A stretch of 64,000 nucleotides of DNA from Candidatus Poribacteria bacterium (GTDB lineage Bacteria > Poribacteria > WGA-4E > WGA-3G): positions 8,121 through 72,120 of the forward strand of contig VXPE01000108.1 in assembly GCA_009839745.1 (NCBI GenBank), read 5' to 3'. Shown here piece by piece: positions 1 through 8,856 of the stretch. Position numbers and translations under genes: made by a program. The notes below the pieces were generated by a model. It worked only from the letters and a program-made list of their open reading frames with translations. It ran no database searches and was not told where the DNA came from. Each line of letters begins with the position of its first letter. Position 1 is the first letter of the stretch.

Positions 1-25
1 AACCAGCGATTCGGAGGAACGCCGT

Positions 26-1218
26 ATGCAATGGATGGTAAATGGATACAACCCTCTTGTAAAAAAAGGAACCTGCAGTCCGTTTTACTTGATACTTATC
101 AGTTGGATGCTGTTTTCAGTTGTTATTTCCGTAGGTTTCACCGATGAACTGAGTCTCGTCCGTGAAGTGGAGTTTCAACCGTTCGCATCAGCGACCCAAC
201 GACTGATTGAGGCGTTGGATTATCTCGGCTCACCCCTCTCTGAAGACGATCTTTCAGCAATCCAGGAAGCCTTGATTTCCGATGACCACACACAAGCAAT
301 TGTTGACATCCAAAACATTCTCGACGCATACTGTTTGACGGGTGTCAATATCAACCCTGAAAGTCGTGTGAAGGTTTCGGTGCTAACGAGTATATCGTAG
401 ATGTCGTTCATGACGCTGTTGATTTCATCTCTACTGTAGACACACCCGCTATTTGGGAATTGCGTATCTGGTATCATACCCTGAACTGTGGGTTCCGCAC
501 TCGAATCAGTGGTGAGACGGACTTCCCCTGCATTTACGGTGAGCGCGTCGGATTAGGTCGCATATACGTAAAAATGCCTGCCGGTCCCCTTGACTTCAAT
601 GCGTGGGCTGCCGGATTGCGGGATGGACGTTCCTACGTCGGAGACGGTAAAAGTCATCTGTTAGACTTTACCGTCGGTGGCGTGCCAGTTGGCGAAAAGT
701 CACCGACCGGACAAATCAGTCAGTTGGATCTGGAAGCACCCAACACAGTAACAATTACCGCTCGCGTCGCCGCACGGCTCAATGAGACACCTAATCCCGA
801 AATACAAAATCGCCCTTTGGATCAAAAACCGTACTGGGATATCGAACGGGCACGTATTGCGGAAGAACGGAAAGTGCTTGTTGAACTCATCGTCAACGGT
901 CAGGCGGTTGAGACGCAAGAAATCGTCGCCAACGGTGAAATCGTCCCCGTCCAATTCGAGACAGCTATTGACAGATCGAGTTGGGTTGCATTACGGATCT
1001 TTCCGTCGTCTCACACGAACCCGGTTTTTGTCATTGTAGATGGAAAACCGATCCGAGCGAGTCGCAGAAGTGCGCAATGGTGTTTAGATGCCGTGGAAGT
1101 CTGCTGGAACGCGAAGGTTAATCGCATTCGAGAAGAGGAACGCGATGCCGCTCGCGAGGCATACAACGTAGCATCGCAGACATATCAAAATATTCTTGAA
1201 GACTGTGATGTAGACTGA
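26..1218 (+). pseudogene. Disrupted CehA/McbA-like (PHP-type) metallohydrolase: N-terminal signal/leader part (26-400) and C-terminal beta-rich part (frame open from 361 to 1218); catalytic middle absent
   Basis: First ORF ends ...GVNINPESRVKV with a stop at 398-400. A different frame is open from 361 and reads ...DAVDFISTVDTPAIWELRIWYHTLNCGFRTRISGETD... followed by a long beta-rich tail. As I recall the family, these two parts flank a histidine-rich PHP core, which is missing here. Confidence 0.4.
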
Positions 1219-1326
1219 ATCTTTGTAGAGAAAACGCGTAAGCCCAACCAACGGGCCGGGCTGGATATACGGAACGAACCGACGTCTACACAGCCGGGCC
1301 TCAACGAACCGCAAGGAAATTAAAAA

Positions 1327-2097
1327 ATGAAACTGATGCCCCAAGAGGTCGAACAATTCAAACGTGTAGGCTATCTCAACATAGAAAAACGACTCATTGA
1401 TGATGAACACCTTACCGTGCTACGTGAACACTACGACGCGCTGTTTGCAGAGAGACGCGACACCATCGGGGAGGGATTGCGTAACCTCGCAGTCGTCGGG
1501 GACTCGGAGAGCGATGAAGACGCCGATCGCGACGAAGAAATGTTGCAGATTATGGAGATGTGGCGTTTGGATGAGGAATTTCGGAAGTTACTCTACCATG
1601 AACCGCTGTTAGACATCGCAGAGAGTTTAATCGGACCCGATATCCAGTTATTTCACGATCAGGCTCTCTACAAACCCGCCCATCACGGCGGTGAAGTGTA
1701 TTGGCATCAAGACAATGCCTATTGGCAGTGCAATCCACCCAATCTCGTGAGCATCTGGATAGCCCTCGATGATGCCGACGAGGAGAACGGTTGTATGAAC
1801 GTTATCCCCGGCAGTTATGTAGAAGGACTGGCGGCGCATGGACGCGCTGCGTCGGAGAAAGGTAAGTTACCAGCGTTGTTGCAGGTGAATGCCGATGCAG
1901 ATCGTGCCGTGCCAGTGCCAGTTAAAGCCGGATGCGGGATGGTTCACCACTGCATGACCCTCCACCAAACCGATCCGAACCGTTCACCCCGAGACCGTCG
2001 GGCGATGGTCCTCCATTACATGCCATCGGGGACGCGAAATCGCGACGGCGAGGTGATGAAAGACCACCCACTCTTACGCGGAAACCAGTTGGTGTAG
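1327..2097 (+). CDS. Phytanoyl-CoA dioxygenase (PhyH) family Fe(II)/2-oxoglutarate oxygenase
   Basis: 256 aa. Has WHQDNAYW and ALDDADEENGCMNVIPGSY motifs (His-x-Asp facial triad) and a later HH...H. Upstream GGAAAT-type RBS. Confidence 0.75.
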   Translation: MKLMPQEVEQFKRVGYLNIEKRLIDDEHLTVLREHYDALFAERRDTIGEGLRNLAVVGDSESDEDADRDEEMLQIMEMWRLDEEFRKLLYHEPLLDIAESLIGPDIQLFHDQALYKPAHHGGEVYWHQDNAYWQCNPPNLVSIWIALDDADEENGCMNVIPGSYVEGLAAHGRAASEKGKLPALLQVNADADRAVPVPVKAGCGMVHHCMTLHQTDPNRSPRDRRAMVLHYMPSGTRNRDGEVMKDHPLLRGNQLV

Positions 2098-2205
2098 AAT
2101 AGGTCGCTACAGACCTTTTGGAGTCTCTCATTCCTTTTTTGCGGTTAAAGGTGAGTCCTCCCTACCCATGCAATAACGGAATCTACCTTGGGAGCTGCAA
2201 CTTAA

Positions 2206-2445
2206 ATGACAATTAACGGGATCTTCTTTGATTTATACGGAACCCTCTTGGTATACGGAAATATGGATACTGCATGGTCTGACTGGTTAAAGACCCTATA
2301 TGTGCAGCTCAAGTTGCGCGGATTCACCCGTTCAATTGATTCGCTTACTAAAAGTTGCGATCAATTTTATAGTAAAAGTGAGCCAACACCGCGACAGCAC
2401 GATTTGACGGTGTTTGAGCAACGTATCCAAAATCTCTGCACTTAG
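2206..2445 (+). pseudogene. HAD/haloacid-dehalogenase-like hydrolase, N-terminal 79 codons only
   Basis: Starts with motif I FFDLYGTLL but stops after 79 aa. Family members are roughly 200+ aa. The remainder is replaced by the convergent methyltransferase cassette. Confidence 0.55.
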
Positions 2446-2584
2446 ATTTTCCTGCAAGTGCTTGAAGCAATTCCTCTCTATGTCGAAGTTCGTCGTTTCT
2501 TCCTCCGTTTTTTGGTAGTCTTCGGTCTCTGTCTCTTGGAACAAAGACATTTGTCGGTTTTGTGCCACTGTTCTTCCCTTGTAT

Positions 2585-3475
2585 CTACGAATCGAACATC
2601 GTCATTTGATCTTCAGGTAACACTTTCTGTTTTTCCATCTTTGGTAGGAGGTGATATTTCCGTCTCGGTTCTTCATACAGACGTTGACACGTTAATTCAA
2701 TATATTTGGATTCTATCTCGTATCCGACACATTTGCGTTTGAACCTCAAAGCTCCGCGAGCGGTTTGTCCACTTCCCAAAAAGGGGTCAAGTATTTCATC
2801 TCCTTTTTCAGAATAGAGTAGCACTAAACGTCGGACGAGTTCATCTGGGAATGGACACGGATGGTCAATCGTTTTAGGTGGCACGGGTGCGATATGCCAA
2901 ATCGAGTTGGCTATATCACGTTTGAATACATCATCTATTGGGAGCGTAGGCTGTGAACCGTATCTGGGCTTATCACCTTTACGGAATATGAGTATGTATT
3001 CGGTCATTATATTCGGATAGTAGTACCCGGGTTTCTGGTGCTGAATAAATGAGCCAGCACGCCTCACACCCCCCGTGACCTTATTCCATATTATATCTTG
3101 GTGGAAGTGCCAGTCCGTGCCGTTCAATTGACTTGTTAAGTCGAAAGGTGCCGGATAGTGCTTGCCTTTGTGGAGGATTGTCCCGATAACAACAGCACAG
3201 AACCCGCCATCCATTGTGACTCGATAGACTTCAAGAAACACCTTTTTAAGCGTTGCGATCCAGTCCTCGTATGTTTTGCCAAGCCCGTCATAGTTCCGCT
3301 CCCGATACCACGCTTCATCATCCTGGGTGTGGGTATCGTAGTCAATCGCGTTCCAATAAGGAGGTGAGGTGATTGTCAGAGCGATAGAATTATCTTGGCA
3401 TTCCGACATATCAAGACAAGAGGCGTGATAAAAACGATAATTTTCGTCTGTGATCAGGGGACGATTTTTAGGCAT
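2585..3475 (-). CDS. Beta-class DNA methyltransferase (N4-cytosine or N6-adenine), apparently orphan
   Basis: Motif IV TSPPYWNAIDY lies near the N-terminus and motif I DPFLGSGQTA near the C-terminus, which is the beta-group order. No intact nuclease gene is adjacent. Confidence 0.8.
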   Translation of the reverse strand: MPKNRPLITDENYRFYHASCLDMSECQDNSIALTITSPPYWNAIDYDTHTQDDEAWYRERNYDGLGKTYEDWIATLKKVFLEVYRVTMDGGFCAVVIGTILHKGKHYPAPFDLTSQLNGTDWHFHQDIIWNKVTGGVRRAGSFIQHQKPGYYYPNIMTEYILIFRKGDKPRYGSQPTLPIDDVFKRDIANSIWHIAPVPPKTIDHPCPFPDELVRRLVLLYSEKGDEILDPFLGSGQTARGALRFKRKCVGYEIESKYIELTCQRLYEEPRRKYHLLPKMEKQKVLPEDQMTMFDS

Positions 3476-3825
3476 AGAGACTCCTCATCTTAGAAAGGTA
3501 TAGAATTCATTACCTCTGTGTCTGACTTACTTTCTGTTGTATTTGATTTCTCAAAAAAATAGGATTTGCCAGTCATTAGATTAGTCAGTTCCAGTTCTTT
3601 TATTCCGTAGCTACGGTGGAAGGGTGGCAGAAACGACTTGCCCCGCTTGTAGCTGTGTCACCCATAACTGGTTTAAAGAGTATACCATATCAGTGAAAAA
3701 AATAAAAATGGAAAGCTAAATGCCCCTAAATTCTTAAAAAGTGAATGGTGTTATATAACCGCAACTATGGTAAAATATAAAATTACTTACACACCAGAAG
3801 ATAGGCGAGGCTTAAGGAACATTCC

Positions 3826-4581
3826 ATGTCAAATACTGAACTCAAGACCACGTTTAATACTGCTCCAATGCTCTATGAAGATGTCCGACCGGGATATCCG
3901 GAAGAACTGATCCAGGATGTCTTGGACCTCTCTGGACTCAACGACCATAGCAGCATCCTTGAGGTTGGCTGCGGGACTGGGAAAGCGACACGTCCCTTTG
4001 CAGAACGCGGATACGAATTGGTCTGTCTCGATATTGGTGCCGATTTAATCGCCGTTGCGAAAGAAAAGTTGAAGGTGTTTCCAAACGTTTCATTTGTAGA
4101 ACACGCATTTGAGGAATGGGAATCAGATGGAAAGTTTGACCTGATTATCTCTGCCACCGCCTTCCATTGGGTAGATCCAAAAGTGAGATATCTGAAGGCA
4201 TCCGCAGTGCTTAAATCAAAGGGTTTCCTTGCCGTTTTCTCGAACCAGCACGTCAGAAAGGACGAAGGATTCTTTGCGGAAAGTCAGACTCTCTACGATA
4301 AATACTACGCGCCGCTGACCACGCATCGCCCAACACACGCCACACACTTTCCCGGTGTGGAAGCCTTTCAAGCTCCAATTAAACACACCTACCCATGGAC
4401 GCAAACGTATTCATCTGAGCAATACATTAAACTGCTCAGCACCTATTCCGATCACATAGCACTGCCAGACAAGAATAAACATTTTCTGTTTGAAGGGATT
4501 GTTAATCTTATTGAAACGAAGTATAACGGACAGATCACCAAGCATTACGAAGCCGTTCTTGACCTGCGGGAAACAAAATGA
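3826..4581 (+). CDS. Class I SAM-dependent methyltransferase
   Basis: Motif I ILEVGCGTGKAT, and post-I and II acidic residues (LDIG, DLIIS). Confidence 0.75.
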   Translation: MSNTELKTTFNTAPMLYEDVRPGYPEELIQDVLDLSGLNDHSSILEVGCGTGKATRPFAERGYELVCLDIGADLIAVAKEKLKVFPNVSFVEHAFEEWESDGKFDLIISATAFHWVDPKVRYLKASAVLKSKGFLAVFSNQHVRKDEGFFAESQTLYDKYYAPLTTHRPTHATHFPGVEAFQAPIKHTYPWTQTYSSEQYIKLLSTYSDHIALPDKNKHFLFEGIVNLIETKYNGQITKHYEAVLDLRETK

Positions 4582-4674
4582 AAATCACATGGGACAGCCG
4601 CACACATCCATGTCGGTGTTTCAATATCCTACCCTTTTCCAACAACCGAAAACTCATAACTGACAACCATTCAA

Positions 4675-4703
4675 TTGACATCTATTCCTAATCGTGATAG
4701 GCT
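4675..4703 (+). promoter_or_regulatory. Sigma-70-like promoter TTGACA-N17-TAGGCT, followed by a 10-bp perfect palindrome (4710-4733)
   Basis: TTGACA at 4675-4680 and TAGGCT at 4698-4703. ACTTCGGCAT/ATGCCGAAGT lies at the predicted transcript start, 45 nt before the ABM gene. Confidence 0.5.
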
Positions 4704-4778
4704 AATGTGACTTCGGCATCTGCATGCCGAAGTGAAAATAGAATCCACATTGAAAATTGTTTATAGAAGGAGAAAAGT

Positions 4779-5099
4779 ATGTTTGTTATTATTGCACCGA
4801 TTCAGATTAAGGAAGGGCACAGAGATGCGTTCATTGAAGCCATGATAGACGACGCGAAAGGCTCCGTTGCTGATGAACCCGGTTGCCTGAGATTTGATGT
4901 GATTCAGGACGGTGCCGATCCGAACCGGATCTGGCTCTACGAGGTTTATGTAGACGAAGCAGCGTTCCAAGAGCATCTGAAAGCCCCACACTTCATTAAG
5001 TGGCGAGATACCGTCAAAGACTGGTTCGCTGAGAACGATTTTAAAGGCGCAGGGAGCGGCAGTTCCATGATCTACCCGCCAGATGACGACTGGAAGTAG
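4779..5099 (+). CDS. Antibiotic-biosynthesis-monooxygenase (ABM) domain protein, YgiN-like
   Basis: 106 aa, ferredoxin-like pattern: MFVIIAPIQIKEG...FIEAM...EPGCLRFDV...YEVYVDEAAFQEHLKAPHF. Strong AGGAGA RBS. Confidence 0.7.
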   Translation: MFVIIAPIQIKEGHRDAFIEAMIDDAKGSVADEPGCLRFDVIQDGADPNRIWLYEVYVDEAAFQEHLKAPHFIKWRDTVKDWFAENDFKGAGSGSSMIYPPDDDWK

Positions 5100-5104
5100 C
5101 CAAT

Positions 5105-5476
5105 TTGATAGTTGATGTACTGTCCATAGTTTCACCGTCCGTGCAGCGTATTGTTGCGGGAAAAAAGATGGTCGAAATCCGGCGTTGGCTGCCGCCGAAG
5201 ATCCCCTTTCTGAATCTCGTGCTTGTAGAAAATGAGATTTATCTGACCGAAGAGGGACAAGAAGACCCGAACGGACTGGCACGCGCAATTGTCGATATTA
5301 CAGGCATTCACGATTGGACCCCTGAAGAAGCGGAATCGCAAGGAGTAGAGTGGATCCCTAACTATGTGTGTTGGGAACTCTCAAATGTGAGGCGTATAGA
5401 GCCACCTATCCCATGTGTCGCTCGACGGAAAATCTATAAAATCGACATTGACGCGCGCCTACCTATTGGTCGTTAA
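5105..5476 (+). CDS. ASCH domain protein
   Basis: SVQRIVAGKKMVEIRRW is a typical ASCH N-terminal strand/loop. About 120 aa. TTG start. Confidence 0.55.
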   Translation: MIVDVLSIVSPSVQRIVAGKKMVEIRRWLPPKIPFLNLVLVENEIYLTEEGQEDPNGLARAIVDITGIHDWTPEEAESQGVEWIPNYVCWELSNVRRIEPPIPCVARRKIYKIDIDARLPIGR

Positions 5477-5529
5477 GACCTAATCGTTGAAGTACCAATT
5501 GGAGTTCGATAGGAGCGTTTACCGACACG

Positions 5530-6144
5530 ATGCAATTCACTGACGGACTTGTGAAGTCATACGAGAAGTACGCCCATGAAAGAGCCGCTCACTCTCCTGA
5601 CGCATTTAAGGTCCGAGAGCGGTTGGAATTTCTACAATTCCTGAAGGACGAAGGACGAGAGACGCTCCTTGAAATTGGGTGTGGTCCCGGCGCGGATGCG
5701 CTGTTTTTTCAAAAGCAAGGGATCCGCGTTCTGGCGGTCGACAATACACCAACAATGGTGAAACTCACCGCAGAAAAGGGGATCTCTGCGCGAGTCTTGG
5801 ATTGCTACAATCTTGGCGAGATTAATGAGCGTTTTGATGCGGTATATACGATGAATTGTCTCCTACACATACCGAAGCGGGACTTTGATCAGGTTTTAGA
5901 TTTAATTTCAGGACGACTCAACGAAAACGGTATAATGTATATTGGCATTTGGGGAGACCAAAACTTTGAGGGTATCTGGGAAAAAGACAGATATGAGCCG
6001 AAACGGTTTTTCTCTTTCTGGAAGACAGAGGTACTTCTTGAAGTCCTACAACGATCATTTAAGTTAGAGTACTACCGGAGATTAGAGCCTCATGAAGGCA
6101 GGATATTCAATTCTATTGTTGTCCGTAAACACATGGAGGTTTAA
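5530..6144 (+). CDS. Class I SAM-dependent methyltransferase
   Basis: Motif I LLEIGCGPGADA, then VLAVDNTPTM and FDAVYTMNCLLH. Confidence 0.75.
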   Translation: MQFTDGLVKSYEKYAHERAAHSPDAFKVRERLEFLQFLKDEGRETLLEIGCGPGADALFFQKQGIRVLAVDNTPTMVKLTAEKGISARVLDCYNLGEINERFDAVYTMNCLLHIPKRDFDQVLDLISGRLNENGIMYIGIWGDQNFEGIWEKDRYEPKRFFSFWKTEVLLEVLQRSFKLEYYRRLEPHEGRIFNSIVVRKHMEV

Positions 6145-6145
6145 A

Positions 6146-6691
6146 GTGAGACGAATAGTTTCCTATATTCTGAGCGTGGCATTCATTTTGATATTCCCCT
6201 TCGTAACCGAAGCGATTGAGGACGACGCAATGGTTCTCTACTACTCGTTCGATGCAGGAAAGGGAAAAGAGATTGAAGACCTGAGCGGCAAGGGAAACCA
6301 CGGAACGCTCGAAGGCGATGCGAAATGGGAGAAAGATGGAAAGGTCAATTCGGGGGTATTTTTTAACGAACAGATTCAGAAAGGGGTGGTCGCCGCGGAA
6401 GCATCTGACAGTCTGGCAATTACCAAAAACTTGACGATGGAGGTATGGGTATACCCAGAGAGCGTCGGCGATTACCGTAATGTGCGCGGGCAGGCGGGAC
6501 CCCATACGTATTATCTGAGTATCCATCAAGGTAGACCCTCAGTGTGGATGGGATGCCCCGGTGCTGGGGGACGCACATGGAACAGCACAAAAAACGAGAT
6601 TCCGAACGATAAGTGGTCGCATGTCGCCGCAGTTTACGAGTTTGATAAGGCTGCGACGACTTGGGGGCTGCTCAAAAAAGTTGCGAGATAA
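6146..6691 (+). CDS. Secreted LamG/ConA-like protein, truncated fold, with C-terminal ATTWGLLKK tail
   Basis: GTG start 6 nt after GGAGG. Signal-like RRIVSYILSVAFILIFPFVTEA. LamG hallmark DLSGKGNHGTLEGDAKW...KWSHVAAVY is followed directly by the tail KAATTWGLLKKVAR instead of the second half of the fold. Confidence 0.6.
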   Translation: MRRIVSYILSVAFILIFPFVTEAIEDDAMVLYYSFDAGKGKEIEDLSGKGNHGTLEGDAKWEKDGKVNSGVFFNEQIQKGVVAAEASDSLAITKNLTMEVWVYPESVGDYRNVRGQAGPHTYYLSIHQGRPSVWMGCPGAGGRTWNSTKNEIPNDKWSHVAAVYEFDKAATTWGLLKKVAR

Positions 6692-6719
6692 GCGTCCAAC
6701 TTTAAACAAAGAAAGGAAC

Positions 6720-7418
6720 ATGTTGGACATTAGATTGGCGCGTCCAGATGATGCCCAAGTAATTCATCTAATATTACAGGAAACATGGGAAGAATCGCTG
6801 CTCTTTGACGTGTTCACGGATCACACCTCGTCGCCTGAGCATCAAGTCTTCGTTGCAATGGACAGTGGCGAAGTCGCAGGTTTCCTCTCGGCATTTCTGG
6901 TCCCTATTCGAGTCCCTCGATGGGAAATAGATCTCATTCTTGTTCGCCCTACAAGTCAGGGAAAGGGTATTGGGACTTCTCTCATTGCGGAAGCGTTAAC
7001 CTACGGTTCTCATCTGGGAGTGCATTGCGCTGCGGCATCCATCCGCGTGGATAACTCTGCAAGCCAACGTGCTTTTTCCAAGGCGGGCTTTGTAACAGAG
7101 GCTCAAGTGCGTAGTCTTTTTCTTTGGGATCCGTTGGCTTGTGAGTCCGCCACTAACGTGCCGGAGACTGTTCATTTCATACCCGTTGATACATTAACCT
7201 ACCGTGGATTGTGGATTGAAGGATTTATTGAACCTCGGCTCTCGGTGAAGGAACAACACAATGTGGTTCGCGCGGCTCGAAATTCTATTTTTCATGAGGA
7301 CCGCTCAAATACAGGATTGTTTATACCAGACAGTTTTAAACACACGCTCGCGCCGGATCTATTAACCTCCGCTGCCGATTTTGGTCAATATCACCGGTGG
7401 GAGTATACATACAAATAG
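6720..7418 (+). CDS. GNAT family N-acetyltransferase
   Basis: Start at MLDIRLARPDD after GAAAGGAA. Acetyl-CoA loop VRPTSQGKGIGTSLI. Confidence 0.7.
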   Translation: MLDIRLARPDDAQVIHLILQETWEESLLFDVFTDHTSSPEHQVFVAMDSGEVAGFLSAFLVPIRVPRWEIDLILVRPTSQGKGIGTSLIAEALTYGSHLGVHCAAASIRVDNSASQRAFSKAGFVTEAQVRSLFLWDPLACESATNVPETVHFIPVDTLTYRGLWIEGFIEPRLSVKEQHNVVRAARNSIFHEDRSNTGLFIPDSFKHTLAPDLLTSAADFGQYHRWEYTYK

Positions 7419-7517
7419 AAATTGCTATGCCACAATCATCGCTTCCAGTTGGAAATACCGTCCAACCTATCGCTCATGTTGACTTGCCTCAAAAGACAGA
7501 CTACGTCGGTGATACCA

Positions 7518-7538
7518 CCCACACGCTAAAGCGTGGGG
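7518..7538 (-). repeat. IS200/IS605-type subterminal hairpin, copy 1 (putative right end)
   Basis: CCCACACGC-TAAA-GCGTGGGG with flank CTTCGGCTTCGT. Homologous to the copies at 7979-8000 and 33369-33390. Confidence 0.55.
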
Positions 7539-7903
7539 CTTCGGCTTCGTAGACAGTGCGGTTTTCTCAAAAAGTCCACCGTCTTATTCCGTCTCCACCC
7601 GCAGGCAATTCCCCTATAGACTGAAAAAGCGTCAGTAGGGCATATCGTGCGAAAAACTTCCACGGGTATCCCTGCCTGCCTCTCTCCAGTATGGAGAGAA
7701 AAGATTTTAGGCGAGACCGCAATACAACCCGCAGACTTTCACCGCTGCTTGGAATATGTCAGCAAATCGCTGATTTATGTGTCAACGGTCTCAATATACT
7801 TTTAGAGTGGTATAGCACTTCGCACTTTATGAACCTTTCCACGGGTTCGGATAGGACTCTACCAAGCGGTAGAGGTGGAAACCCTATCCAAGTGCTGATA
7901 TTC

Positions 7904-7932
7904 ATTATACCACAATTTTGTGTCAATGTCAA
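7904..7932 (-). promoter_or_regulatory. Consensus sigma-70 promoter on the minus strand: TTGACA-N17-(TGG)TATAAT
   Basis: The reverse complement reads TTGACATTGACACAAAATTGTGGTATAAT. It points into about 380 nt with no credible ORF, ending at the 7518-7538 hairpin. Confidence 0.6.
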
Positions 7933-7978
7933 ATATTTTAAGGAACGTTTTGGTCTAATTTACAAGGGCGGACTTTCA

Positions 7979-8000
7979 TCCCAAAGCTAAAGCATTGGGA
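7979..8000 (-). repeat. IS200/IS605-type subterminal hairpin, copy 2 (putative left end)
   Basis: TCCCAAAGC-TAAA-GCATTGGGA with flank GACTTTCATTCCGT. Same orientation as copy 1. Confidence 0.5.
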
Positions 8001-8042
8001 GACTTTCATTCCGTCAATTCCCGTAAGTAAGGAGAAATATCC

Positions 8043-8840
8043 ATGGGAAGATTCAGACTTGCCTGCCACCTCATTCAATTTGGGGGTGAACAGCGAGATA
8101 ATCCGGAAAAAGTGTTGCGTGAAGTCGCTGACGCTGGGTGGGACGGTGTCGAAGGTTTAGGAATAGAAACAGCCGATGAACTCGTTGAAATGGCGACGCT
8201 CGCACGGAGTCTCGGACTTCATATTGTCAACGCCGGCGGAGCAGGACTTGACAGGGTTAAGTTTAATATCGCTCTGGGCAATGATGCCGCTGAAGTCCCT
8301 TCGTTGAGACGCTCAGAATGGGGTGGACCCGACCCAAGCGATACCGATTTCGAGAACGCCGCCCGAACGTTAGACGATGTCCTCGCGTTCTGTGACGCAC
8401 ACAATATCAAAGGCTTCCATCACGCACATCTCGGCACCCTGCTTGAGACGGTCGAGGATGCGGAACGCCTTTTGAGAGCAGCACCGAGTCTCTGGTTATT
8501 ATTTGACACAGGACACATGCTCGCCGCTGGCAGTGATCCGATGCAGGTTTTTGAGAGCGAAAATTTGCGGCATCGAATTGGGCATGTCCATCTCAAAGAC
8601 TGCCATTCAGACGATCCAGAAACATGGGATTATAGAACACACCGTTTCGGAGAACAAGCACGCTTTGCGGAACTGGGCGCGGGAAACCTGGGACTTGATG
8701 TCAAAGCTGCGCTAAAAGGACTCGAATCCGTCGGTTATGACGGATGGGTCTCTGTCGAACTCGACCGTCCTTATCCGCCGCGTCCACCCGCTGAAGCCGC
8801 AGTTGTAAACCGAGAGTATCTGCGGAGTTTGGGGTATTGA
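8043..8840 (+). CDS. Sugar phosphate isomerase/epimerase (xylose-isomerase-like TIM barrel)
   Basis: 265 aa. Typical ...GWDGVE..., HVHLKD and WVSVELD metal-site motifs. Confidence 0.7.
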   Translation: MGRFRLACHLIQFGGEQRDNPEKVLREVADAGWDGVEGLGIETADELVEMATLARSLGLHIVNAGGAGLDRVKFNIALGNDAAEVPSLRRSEWGGPDPSDTDFENAARTLDDVLAFCDAHNIKGFHHAHLGTLLETVEDAERLLRAAPSLWLLFDTGHMLAAGSDPMQVFESENLRHRIGHVHLKDCHSDDPETWDYRTHRFGEQARFAELGAGNLGLDVKAALKGLESVGYDGWVSVELDRPYPPRPPAEAAVVNREYLRSLGY

Positions 8841-8856
8841 ACGGAGGCATATTACT

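Noticed and set aside
2332-2568. 78-aa GTG-initiated ORF downstream of the DNA methyltransferase, as a possible restriction enzyme
   Set aside because: It is too short, has no nuclease motif, and its distal half is antisense to the HAD remnant. I kept it only as a comment in the methyltransferase finding.
4761-5288. 175-aa minus-strand ORF
   Set aside because: It lies antisense to two well-supported plus-strand genes (ABM and ASCH) and is a shadow ORF.
7691-7990. 99-aa plus-strand ORF in the 620-bp intergenic region
   Set aside because: It has no RBS, its composition is low-complexity or unbiased, and it spans the promoter and hairpin elements. It is most likely non-coding.
7955-8015. GAUGAAAGUCCGCCC on the minus strand resembles the RNase P RNA CR-I block (GAGGAAAGUCCGGGC)
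   Set aside because: None of the other conserved RNase P blocks are present. The surrounding sequence is AT-rich and contains a promoter. The motif is better explained as the flank of the IS605-type hairpin.
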